Source of the DNA: Paramecium tetraurelia
Lineage: Eukaryota
Length of the DNA stretch: 64,000 nt
Direction of reading: 5' to 3'
Assembly: GCA_000165425.1 (NCBI GenBank)
Contig: CT868208.1
Coordinates: 310,001-374,000, forward strand
Positions 27,526-41,896 of this stretch are shown piece by piece. Every line of letters begins with the position of its first letter. The first letter of the stretch is position 1. The notes under the pieces are model-generated. The model saw nothing but the letters and a program-made list of their open reading frames with translations. It ran no database searches and was not told the origin of the DNA. A program made the translations under genes and the position numbers.

Positions 27526-30459
27526 TCATGGCAATCTAACAACCTAATCTGAATAAAGGATATATGGTAGAATAGACTCAGCCTTAATGTGATTTCCATT
27601 ATTCAAAACAATCTGCAATCTCACAAACATTTCTTTTCCATCAAAAGGGAGTTCAGGGAAATACGCATAATTAGATCTCACATTTCCAATCCATTATTTA
27701 TCACTATATTGTAATACATGTAAAAATACTTAAAAATTCTGATAGTTTTAAGGAGTGGTCCCAATTCTCCTAGGTCCAATTAAATATATAAATCATAAAG
27801 ATTTGTGATGCTTTCTTTTAACTAGATATTCTTGATGTATTTGGTTGGGTCTTTGAAATCTACATTGGCAGCCTTCATTTGCTCTGTGTATCTGTCATCA
27901 TAGATAGCTAGACCTCCAATAAGCCCATCGACTGCTTGTTATTATTAAGAAATGTTTTCAATCTTAAGGTACACGGATTTCAAGGTTTTTCCTTGATTTA
28001 AAATTGTGTATTATGAAATATCCCAACCCTTATTTGCTAATATTTTGGTTGGCTTGAATGTTTACAATCCCTTGTCTGCAAATTTAAAAACCAAACTTAA
28101 CTAAAAAATCTTTTTATCAAAGTTTTTCATGTTAATGCTTGCATTGATATTACCTTGAGGGTCAATCCTAGTTTTAAATAATTTAATGAGAAAACTTTTA
28201 TGAACTTATAAATCTCCTTTAATTTTGATGCAACTACTTCCATTCCATGAATCGCTAAAATTGATATTACTTTCCCAATTATCTTGAATGTCTTGGCTGA
28301 TAATCTTTTTTGTTGGATAGCATAAAGAATAATCAAAATCATTCAAATTATCGTAGTATCCCTTATAATGTGTATTCTTTTGACCATCAATATAATAGGC
28401 CTCTCCAACAGCATTATTGAAATAAGATTGCAAAGGGAATTCTTAATATGTCTTTGGTTTTATCATTCTCAATAGATCCTTGTAATAGTCATAACTTATG
28501 TAAACCATAGATTCCCCAGTAAATTGAGTACCATAATTACCAGCCCAATATTCCACGTCTTTTCCAGCCTCTATAAATTTTATATATTCTGTATCATCAG
28601 TAGTTTTGATACTCAAAGTATGTTCTCTCCATTTATCGTCAGCAACATTAACATGATCTGCATTAAACTGAATTTCTCCCTTGTTTACCTTAGTCGAAAA
28701 TGAATCGATGCTAGCAATACATCTGTTTTGTCTATCATATAACTCAATACCAATAAGCTAATCAATTAACACTACTAATTACATATAAATCCTCAAATTT
28801 TGGACCAGTTCCCTTTACTTTTGCATTGAATTGAATAATACCTCCTTTGTTTTAAGATACCAAATTCAATTACACCGTATACGTTCTGATGCACCAATCA
28901 AAGGATGCTATTGCAGTCTCCTCTCCATTATCTTGTACGATTTTCCATCCTTATCCCCCATTGAATGTGATAGCCCATTAATTTTTATGTTTATCAAACA
29001 AGGAAACTGTATTCTTCCCTTGCCATAATGAATTATCATTCTGAATAAACTATGATCTACTATCATTTGAAGTTTCATATGTCCAAGCTTAACCAAAAAT
29101 TGCTGTGGCTAATTATGCTCTTTTTATCTCTTACAATGCGATATAACTATCGAATTATCCACCTCCATACTGTCCCCTGCCCCATATGTCAATTCCTACG
29201 AAAACATTATTCCTCTAATTTCCAGCATTCTTCCCTGTATTTGCCAATTTATTCAAATTCCAATGATAATCACTAAAAAAGTAATTACAAGCTTAGAAGT
29301 ATTTCATATTATCCTAATTCAATTCAGATTGCCATTTCAAAACTCCCTCAGCATTATGACTATCATAATACATCAACAGGGCTCCTATCTATTATAATTT
29401 ATCACTCAATTATTTGATGAATTGTAGAAACAAGTCCACATTATCCACATTTGTTTCGATATTTAATAAATAACCATCAAATTTATAGAACTAACAAATC
29501 TACACTAGTTTATCCACATATTTTAAGTCCAATATTTATTTAGTCAAAGTATTATCATCTCCTTCTGTTATGATAGTTCCTAATATCTTTGTACCAAATT
29601 GATGACAAATGTTAATGTAGGGCACACTTGGAATGGTGATAAAAGTATGTGAAAAATATACAAAAATGTCACAATGGGTCATGTAATAAAAGCGATAACT
29701 ATTTTATCTCAAAGGATTTCCAAAACACCAAATATCTTCCTTATAGCCTCCTTACATATCATGACACACCAACAGAGGTTAATTGTTTGTTCTTGTAATT
29801 TTCTTTAGTGGCTAAATTGGAAGTATTGTGTATTCTTCATTGGGTTTCCAATTATCCAGCTCTTCTATTGATTTCAATGGTTTGCTAAATGGCAATTTAT
29901 ATTTTATCTATCCAATATCATTCAAGTCATTAAGAATAGATTTCTACAATTTGATTTCACCATCTATTTACATTTTTAAATCGGCTTCTTTCACAAATCT
30001 TATCTATAAATTTCTTGTAATCCCAGTGAAAGCATTCTAATTATTTTTACTTCCTAATAATATTCCCACTTTATTGGATGTATAAGTAAATTTTTATTGA
30101 AGATTTTAACTTTAAACATTTGAGTTTGTGATCAAATTTATCTGATTGTGGAATGATATAAATATTGGATACAACTTGTATAAAATGATTTATTAAATCG
30201 GAAATTTGTAAGTACCATCCAAATATTGAATTACAAGCTCTGTTTATTTTAATGTTATTTTTATCAAAGGTTTTCCAAGGTTATCTTGAATATCAATTAG
30301 TTCAATATTATTTTACTCTTATTCTGCTAAAATTAATTAAAATTAAACTATCCCAACTTCGGATGGAGTAAGCTATGTTATATTAAAACGAATATGTTCA
30401 GGCACTAATTATAATTGCCCATCCCTTTTGAGTCCTGAATTAAAAAAATAATTGCTCAT
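27526..30459 (-). CDS. ENGASE: Cytosolic endo-beta-N-acetylglucosaminidase (GH85) with inserted FBA-type lectin domain
   Basis: LVCHDMQGGY, DIFVYFSH, catalytic FDGYLLNIE, YDS, KWQSELN, VGIDIWGRG..GGG and AIFGQAWTYE are GH85 motifs; insert NGGQGW..WC..GKDVEYWAGNYG. Confidence 0.92.
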
Positions 30460-30684
30460 AATTTTTCAATTAATTTTATTGTGAAAAAATTAATAATAAT
30501 GCTTAAATATAATATTGAGGATAATTTGTGTACATTCATACATATTCTATAACACAAATTCTAAGTCTGCCAAGAATAATATATGAAATATTGGATACCT
30601 AGCAATTTATGTAAACAACCTTTGTAATTAACTAAGAAATTAATTTTTATCATTTAATTAAATTAAAGATAAATAGATTATTTT

Positions 30685-32643
30685 ATGAATAATAAAGAAC
30701 AGATTAGGTCTCCCTCAGCTATTTTTCCATTTCTATCTTAGTTAATGCGAATCTTATACTAATTTAACTTTACAAATACAAATAAATTAATAACATATTT
30801 TATAAGTTAACACAAAACTTTAAGTATATTGTAAGTTTGCGAGTTCATTTTTAGAAGGTTTTTTGAAAATATAATAAATCCACCCAGGCAATATTAGGTC
30901 GAATTATATGTGTATCCAAAAACTTTCCAGAGAAAAGTAGTGGAGTGCAGTTTTTCCTAATAATAAATTATTTTAATATATTATGAATATCAGACAATTA
31001 GATAATATTGTTTCTTGGTTACTCTAAAAATTTAAATATGCTCCTTATCGATGGAATGAACAGCAAGTTCATTATTTTTGTGAGTTTGTTGGATTAACTT
31101 GGGCAATTCCAATTGTCACAGTAAATCAACAATAATTGATTTTAGATTCAAACCATTCCCAAATAAAGATCATAAAACTACTAATAAGAAGTGCCAACTG
31201 ATGGATAAAAGTTTTAAATTCCTTTACTCGATATTTGTACTAAACAATATGAACAGATTTTGGAAGTATGTACCTCCTAAGGTTTATTCAAGATGATTAG
31301 TCATTCAATCGACATAAATCTTTACTATTAGATATAAAAATTAAAGATTTGGTCTCTTATATTATTAAAATATCAGAATTACAGAGAAATTTTGAAAAAG
31401 CTGTATGGATCAAAATTATTTTTTTAATAAAAATGCAAAACTTGCACAGCAGAAATAAGTTGCTCGTGCTCAGTTCTCTCCAATATCATATATGAAATAG
31501 AGATTTATATTAAAAGTATATATGAAATGAAAAGCCTCTAGAATCATAATAGAAAATCATCCATGTTTATTAGTTCAGATATTATAAATCTTTTGTTAAA
31601 ATCCATATCTCATCTACCTTAAATTGATTAATCACCTTTGTTTTGGGATATGGATGACATCAAAGCCTTATTGTATGTAATCAAATTTTAAGATTATTAC
31701 TAACTTCTTTATCAGAATTAGATAGATGGATTTGTGTTGCTATTGTTAGTGAATCCTCCTTTTAAAGGCGAGGATCTATTTCTTAAATGTTTACTTTTAA
31801 GTTAGGAAGGCTCTCAAAAGACTTAAAATAACTTAGTACGCAATAGATCAAGCATGGTGAGAAATACAATGTAGACTGCTAGTAAGTACCATTAAATAAA
31901 TTAATTGGTTAATCTACTACATTATTTGTTGTTAATATTGAGTTTTACTGCATATAAAAATCAAGAGTCTTATAATGAATATAGAAATATTGGATAGAGA
32001 AAGGTGAGTGAGATAAAGTGGTTATCATTATACTACTTCTCAAAAGCAGCCAGAACATTATAATTAAATAGAAGTATTTCATTGCTTAGTGAATCAAGAA
32101 GCTCATCAAAGTCTCTTGAACACAGATTTTAATAGTCAAATATGTAGAGACATAAAACAGAAATGATAGATATTAAAATGATGGTGATTGAAGAAAATCT
32201 AGATGCTAATAAAAAGAAGTAATTTAGTCATCCAAATGTGACTTAATCTGCTAAATCTTCTCCACAATCCTAAAGAAATAATTAGTGGATGCAACTTAAG
32301 AATTATAATACAAAAAAAAGTATTATAGGAAATTAAGTTAATAATGATTTAAAAGAGTCAATTTTGATGTAAAATTAGAAATATATTAATTAGTTAGGAT
32401 TAAGATTAAGATTATATTGATGAATAAGATAGAGATCTATAATATACAGAAACCAATGTTTAAATAGAAGAGGACATAGATTCGATTGAAAATGTTAATT
32501 AATCTTAAGAGGAGCAAATTCAATAATTGCCAAATAAGGAGGAGGACATTGGATAGGATCAACAGATGTAATAATCTGTTCTTATGATATAATCGGTAAT
32601 ATAATAGTATTTATTATTTAATAGTAGTATTTATAATAATAAC

Positions 32644-32675
<32 letters not shown>

Positions 32676-33698
32676 TAACAATAATAATCATAGATAATGT
32701 AAGAATCTGTATTTATGGGATAATCTGCTATGTTACAATAATCAACAATTTTGTAATAATCTTAACTCTTATAACAATCACAAATATTAAATAAATCAAT
32801 TCAAATTAACTAAATTATTGAGGAATAGGATCATAAAAGAGTAGAGTACTTATAGTATTATAAATAATTAGATACAACAGCCATAATCTTTCAAAGAAGA
32901 AATATTATAAAGATTATCAGTATTAAGTTTAACACCAATTTTTGATCCATTTCAATTGTTTTAATCAACTCATTTAAAATTAAAATGTGATGAACAATAA
33001 AAGGTATTTAATTGAATAAATTAATTTCCAATAGCTTAAGATAGTCAATATCCAAGGTGCCTATTTTGGTAGAAGTGATGAATGCACCTTTGCATTCACT
33101 GACCATTCAAAAATTAGTAGTAAGCATTGCCAAATACTCTATAAAGAAAGTATATGAACTTATTAATTCTTCTTAGAAGCCTTTTACTTATTGGATGTAG
33201 GTTCAAAAGGAGGAACCTTTATCAAAATAAATCATAACTTTGTGATAGAAAAAAACATGTCATTTTATATTGGAAATAGATTTGCATTTAAAATATTAGA
33301 AATAAATACTGAAACAGGTTTCTTAGAAGTGAGATATGAACATGAAGGAGCAGCAAAGCATAAGCAAATTTATTTAAAAAAGGGAGACAAGTTTTTGATT
33401 GGAAGAGAAAAATCTAAAAACAATTTTACATTTATGCATTCTCAGTTAATTTATAATTTAATATTTTAGATGCAACAAATTAATGAGTGCAAGGCATTTA
33501 GAAATTAATTATGAGTATAATTTTAAGATTGGGTCTGTAAAACTAATGATTAATGATCTAGAGAGTAAAAATGGAACATGGCTGAGATTAAGTGAAAAAT
33601 AGCTAAATAGTTCCCCTTTTTAATTACAATAAGGATCTAAATTTAATTTATCATTTGAAATTATATTCGATGTAGTTGAATTAGTTTGTGACGTCTGA
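30685..33698 (+). CDS. Protein with two C-terminal FHA domains and possible N-terminal SAM-like segments (5' extent uncertain; may be two genes)
   Basis: FHA1 FGRSDEC..ISSKHC..LDVGSKGGTF; FHA2 IGREK..MSARHL..DLESKNGTW; upstream WNEQQVHYFCEFVGL and WDMDDIKALL; poly-Q at ~32630-32690. Confidence 0.7.
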
Positions 33699-33815
33699 TT
33701 ATCCAATCATACATTTTTATAAATTAAATCATCTCATGTCTAAATAGATTATATTATTTTGAAGATTAAATAAATTTTTTGAATAAAAAATAGTCTTAAA
33801 TATAATGAATGCTTG

Positions 33816-35421
<1,606 letters not shown>

Positions 35422-35908
35422 TTCTTAATGATTTATATAATTAATTTTAATTTCAATATGTTTATTACTTAAAAGCTCTACTTTATTAGCTAGAAAAAAT
35501 AGTTAACGGAATTGCATAGAAAGAAGTTTAACTAACAAAATAAAATAATATATCATTTCATATTTAAATAAAATATAAACACTGAATAAGTTTTATTATA
35601 AATGAAATAACTTTATTTAGTTTAAATATATAATGGAATAATAAGCTATAAAATCAACTAAAGTAAAGAATATATTTATTTCAAAAATTATGCTGAAAAC
35701 TTTGTAATTTAATTAAGAAATTAATAGACAATCATTTTAATATTTATTAATAGATTACTCATTTTGATAATTGAAATACAATCTTGAAGATATAGAAAAT
35801 AGATCTAATACTTTTCAAATTTAATAATAACTAATCAAAGTTATCATTTTTTTAATATTTTTTTTTAATTTTCTGACAATATAACTAAAAAATAAATATA
35901 CTTAATCA

Positions 35909-38900
35909 TCAGAAAATAATGCAGTCTTTGCATTTCTCGCACTATGGTTTTAATAATGTTGCTTGAAAACATGGTAGTTAAGTTGTATGTTTTTTACAAG
36001 AATAGATAAACTGCACTTAATGGATGCAAACCAACTGCTATGTTTACTCATAGCATTTGACGATTCTTTAGTGATGACATGCTGGGAATATTTTGAGGAA
36101 AGGTTCTTCACAATTAGAACATGGTTTTCCACATTATGACTTACAAGGATGACCACAATTTAGCATCAACTTACAATTTTAAACGCATACGATATTAGCT
36201 AGATCTTCAGAGCATTTAGCTTTCTAAAGATGGCCACACTTTAGAATTATTTTAACTTCTGCTTGACAAGGATCACATTATTAATAGCACTTTTATAAGC
36301 AACTTTAATTGTGACCGCATAAAGGTTTTTTGTTGCAAGGGAACATGCATTTAAGTTCCTTCAAGAAGTTTAAATCCACTTTTTAGTAACAATAAATGAG
36401 TCTGGTATGACCACAAGGTAGGTTAATCTCACATTTTTCATTACATGGAGAGCAAGGCTCATAACATTTTTTTAAGCATGTTACTTTATGGCCACAAGGT
36501 CTTACTTTATTACAAGGTTGATCACATAAGGCTTTAATTCTTTAATTTTATTAAAAACAAGGTATTTATAAGTAATGACCGCAATCTAAAGCCCTATTAG
36601 TCTTAAATTGGCAAGGAGTGCATTCATCTTTTTTGAAACACATATTATAGCAAGGAAATTCATGACCGCAAGTTCTGCGTTTGATACATTGTTGTTTGCA
36701 ATCGTAATTTGATTAAACAAGTTTAGATTGACAACATTCAATATCAATCATATGTCCACAGTTTAATTTAAGCTTGACTATCTATTTACAGGGTGTACAT
36801 TCTTAATAGCACAAATTGGTGCATTGATACTAATGTCCACATTGTCTAGTTTTCATGCACTCTTCTTTACAAACAATACGTTAATTTGATAAATGACATT
36901 TAATCAGATGGTGATGACCACAATCCAAAGGTTTAATAACATCCTATAAGCATGGTTCGCATTTTTCATAGCATAATTACTTACATGGATAGATATGACC
37001 ACATTCTCGAATTTTTTCGCAGGGTTCTTAGCATTGTTAATTTTGATTTTATTAAAAACACTTAATTTATATTTTATGTCCACAATTATGTTATTTTATC
37101 ACCGATTCTTAACAAGGCGAGCATTGCTTTTAATAACATTTTGCTAAACAAGGGTCAGTATGACCACACTATCTTTTTAATATGCATGGTTCTGTACAGC
37201 TGAAACTCTTTATTGACTTTTCACTTGAATGACATTCAAATTTATGAGTATGGCCACATTTGAAAGTGTGATTAATAACTTCTTTACAAGGAGAACAAAC
37301 ATCAAAACATAAATTTTTGCATTCTTAATCATGTTTACATGGCCTTTTTTTTTCACACTTTGCTTTACATTAATGTTATTAATTTTCTTTATTGCATTCT
37401 ACTTCTATTGTATGTCCACAGCCGAGTTTTTTTTTAATCATAAATAGACAGGGAGAACAAGGTTCATAACAATAACTCTTGCAGGCTGATTGATGTCCAC
37501 ATTTTCTTGGTTTTTGACATTACGAGAAACATTTGGAATTTTAAACTATATGATCAGCATCATGACATCTCACCTCAATCTTATGTCCGCATGATAATGT
37601 TCTTTGAACCAACTTTTGACAAGGGGAACAATATTAAGAGCATTTATTAGTGCAAATCTAATCATCATGACCACATTATCTCTTTTTGATACATTGCTAT
37701 TAGCATTGATGCGTTAATATTTATTGCTTTTACTAAGAACAAGAAAACTATGTACTGTGTCCGCACTTCAAATTAGTAAGTACTGGAACTTCACAAGGTG
37801 AACAATCTTAAAAACATAAACTTTTGCATTTATTCTCATGTCCACATGGGAGTGCTTTTTGGCATTTCTATACACAAATTCCGCAATCAACTGAACATAA
37901 TTTATCACAAATATGACCACATGGTAGTTTCTTTTAACACATTGATTAACATTTATGTATATATTGTTCTCTTTCAAAACAAAGAAATTCTGCTTTGTGA
38001 TTACATTTAGAAAATGAGATTTATTGTTTTTCACGACATTTCTAACTTAAAGGATCTGTTCCACAAAGTGCTCTTATTTTATGATTGCAAGGTAAACTTA
38101 AATCAACCATTTCATTGCATTTACATTTATCTCGACAGTACAACTTACACTTGTGTCCACAATCGATAATTCGATCACATAAAAATGAACAGGATTATGC
38201 TGGATGACAATCACTAATGTGACAATCCTTATTACACAAATGATTACAATTTGCAAAAGTCTTTAAACATTTTTTATTACATAGTTTTGGCTTTATTCTA
38301 TTCCAATCATCTGGTTATCTAATTGTTTGCAAGTTTCCATGAGGTATACATTTTGTGTTTATATAATCATTCAAACAATTCTTAGCTTTAGCCAATAGTA
38401 TCATTTTTTACCATGTACTACCCATAGCTGAAGAATTGAAGATAAAATCAAAGTTTCCAAACACATATAAACCAATTCTTGCTCTTGATAATGCAACATT
38501 AATTCTATTATCTATTTTTATAAATCCCAAATTATTTCTGTTGTTGTTTCTCACTAAAGATAGTATCACAATGTCATTTTCTTCTCCTTAATAATTATCT
38601 ACTGTTTATACTTTGACTTTGGGTTAATTAACATTAAAAAACTTCCTTTTTATAACTTAGGCCTGTTTCAAATATAATGTTAAAACACTAATTTAAGTTT
38701 CTTTATAACCACATTTTAAAAGGTACTGCACCATTTCAAAAATCATTTAAGCTTCTTATTTATTTTCTTTTGATCTCTCATCTTGGGCCTCAAGCCATTT
38801 ATGATTAAAAAAGACTAGATCTTTCTCTAAACCTACTATTTCAATGTCATTTTATTTTTAAATATCTTAATGATCTTAATAAGCGTCACCATATATTAAA

Positions 38901-41773
38901 CGTATGAAATCTGCAATTTTGGATTTCATTCTTCTTTATGAGGTCAAAGTTACACTTGGTATCTCATTCAGGAATAATCTTTCAAATAATGAAACATTTG
39001 CTTTTAATTTCTCTTATAAAAAATAATTTTTTATCGAAGGTTTTAATTATTAATGATCTCCTATTAGAATTAAGTGTTGTAAATTTGAAGTCAAAACGCT
39101 TGCAACATGAGATTCCAATACCTCAGCAGCCTCTTCTATAACCATAATTTTTGAATTTAACTTTTATAACTTATTTGTTTATTTAGCTACACCAGTGACT
39201 GTTGCACCAACAATCTTCATACCATTCAATATTTGAATTTCATTCTCATCATATAAATCTTTCAATTAACTAGATTTCTCCATAAATTATTTGTATAAAT
39301 TTCCAAATTTAAGACTATCATTCTAATATTTAAGGCATTCAAGATAAATTAAGATCTCCCTGATATCAGCAGGACTTAAAAACCAAGGATTGCTATTTTA
39401 TAAGCTTAGATAGCCTTTGATATTTTCAATGGTCTAGTATTAATAATGCAATAAATTTTAATTCTAATGATTTTCATTAAATTTTTGAATAGCCGAATCT
39501 ATACCAAGAGAATCAAACTTCATTTCCTTGTAATTATTATTATAAACTGCTTCGTCCTCTGAATCTAAATATTCATCTAAATCATCATCAGAATCACCAT
39601 GCTGCTATTAATTTAAACCAGGAGTTTTTTGTAAGTTTTAAAATTATTAAACGTCTTCATAAAATTGTTTCATTCTGAAGTATTTATGCATTCCATTTAA
39701 ATACCCATTTACTATCGTATTTTCTTCAGGTTTTTATTAATTAATCCAATATTTCACCAAAGTTTCTTCTGAATCCTCGATTAAAAAATCATCTTCATTT
39801 AACTCATTATCCGATAAAAAATTTGAGTATATGGAATCGTATAGCTCCCTCCAATATTTTGATATGTCTTATGGCTTAATTTTATAATCGTAATTTAGCA
39901 TTCTTTAAATTATATCACTTATCTCCTTTTTCAACTTATTGAATTCTCTAAACTCAAAGTCTACTTTCTACCTACACCTAATTTGACATTCTTATAATAT
40001 AGGGTTTTTGGAAGCTCCTCCCAATCTTGCCACATGTTCTTTTGGAACGAACTTTAAAATGTGTTCAAGAAATTAATCCAAAGCATGATTTGTATAACAA
40101 ACTATTAAAATAGGAAAATCATTTTTCTGTAGATTCTAATATAACAATCTTACAGCTAGAGCTCCACAATAAGTTTTTCCAGTTCCTGGAGGCCCTTAAA
40201 TTAAAGCCACTTCTTTCTAGAGCATCATTTTAACTGCACTTAGTTAAGATGCGTCCAAGGAAGTATTTAATTATGGCCATGGCTGTTAAAATATATTAAA
40301 TTTAACCCCTTTATATTGATTACCATATACAAGATCAATATCGAAGTGATAATTTTTATTTAAATATTGGGGGTAGCTTACTTCTTTTTTATTTTCAATT
40401 ATAATATTTTAAAAAGGGATGCTCACTTTTTATTTCAAAGCTTCTAAATAGCAGAGTATTGGTTCAACCAATCCTTCATATTACATAAGTATTGTTTTTT
40501 AAGAAAACAAATTTAATAATTGCATGATTGAAGTATTTGGATCAAGAAATCTAAATTCTAATTGTATTTTTCCATTTTTTTTATATTAAAATTATCTATC
40601 ATCTCTTCTTGTTATGACTCCAAATATTAAAGGAAAACACTCTATATTGGTTAAACAAATTAATGACCCAGAGGATAGTTTTTTTGATTTATCCCAATTA
40701 ATATTCTTCTGCTTTCTGCCATCCATATTAAATTGCTCAACTTAAATCTTCCAACTTAAGTCATTATTATTCATTCCCGCTGATATTAATTCAATATTTT
40801 AATATAATCCTATGTTACTTGTTTTTTCCTTATCTATAAATTCAAATCCTGATTCGTTTAAACTAATAATTGCATTTCTTAACTCTAAAATGTAATCCTC
40901 TCTGATTAGGTTAAAATGATGATCGATGTATCTGTCAAAAGTAATATTTTCTTTAGGAAGAATTTCCAATTTACCAAACAACTGATTGGGTAACTTATTA
41001 TATGAGAAAAATTCTAAGGCTACAGGGTAAATAGGTATTTCCCTCCATTCTAACACATTAGCAGTCTTATATATTTATTTTAAGAAATTATCAAAATCAG
41101 TCAGTATTTTTCCAACTTATTTTTGAAGCTAAGGGTTATATAATTCAATTATTTTGAGTAGATTGTATAAACTAGAGATACTTGATTGCTTTAGAGTTAT
41201 ATAATCATTGAGTTTTAAAGTCCAAAATAATTTGTACATTATTTCCAATTCTTAATTCATGTATTATATTGAGTTCTAATATATTAAAAGTAGAGTGCAT
41301 CTCTCTGTAATTTGAGTATTAAAGCTTTAGCTTCTAAGAATCATATTTATGTAGTTTTATTATCTTGATTCTCCTAAAATCCTCATAAGAGTAATGTATG
41401 ATTAACATTAATTTGCATTAATTCTGAGTTTGGAAAATGCTTCTTCTAGATTGTCTACGCTTTAAAAATATTGACTAATTGTATGAATTGTGTGGTTATT
41501 TTGTGAGATTTAAGAGAACCAATTAAAAAATTCCTCCTGTTTTTGTTATTCTTGTCTTCTTAAGATAGCTCTTTCTTTTTATTCCTATCTTATTCTTCTA
41601 AATTCTCTTCCCTTTGTATTTCTTTGTGATTATTACGACTATTAGTATTATTATTAAGGATGTTACTATTAAGGTTAATATTACTATTATTATTATTGTT
41701 ATTATTATTATTGTCCTTTGCCTTTCTTTTTGTAGTTTTTTCCTTCACCATTTTGCTTTCTATTATTTTACAT
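35909..41773 (-). CDS. ZNFX1: ZNFX1-like SF1 (UPF1-family) RNA helicase with long NF-X1-type zinc-finger array
   Basis: 5865-nt span divisible by 3, no intron seen; [75 protein letters not shown]; then ~25 C(G/N/K)H Cys-rich repeats. Confidence 0.9.
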
Positions 41774-41896
41774 GTTTACTAAAATAATAAATTTAAATAA
41801 TATATTAAAAAAATAGTTGATTGGTTAAAATTTCTAGAGAAAAAAATAGGCTATTTTTTTTAATTATTATTTGATTCTTTTTAATACTAATTTATT

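Noticed and set aside
36000..38250. Regularly spaced TGTCCACA/TGACCACA motifs resembling a CRISPR or DNA repeat array
   Set aside because: They are the antisense of Cys-Gly-His codons in the zinc-finger repeats
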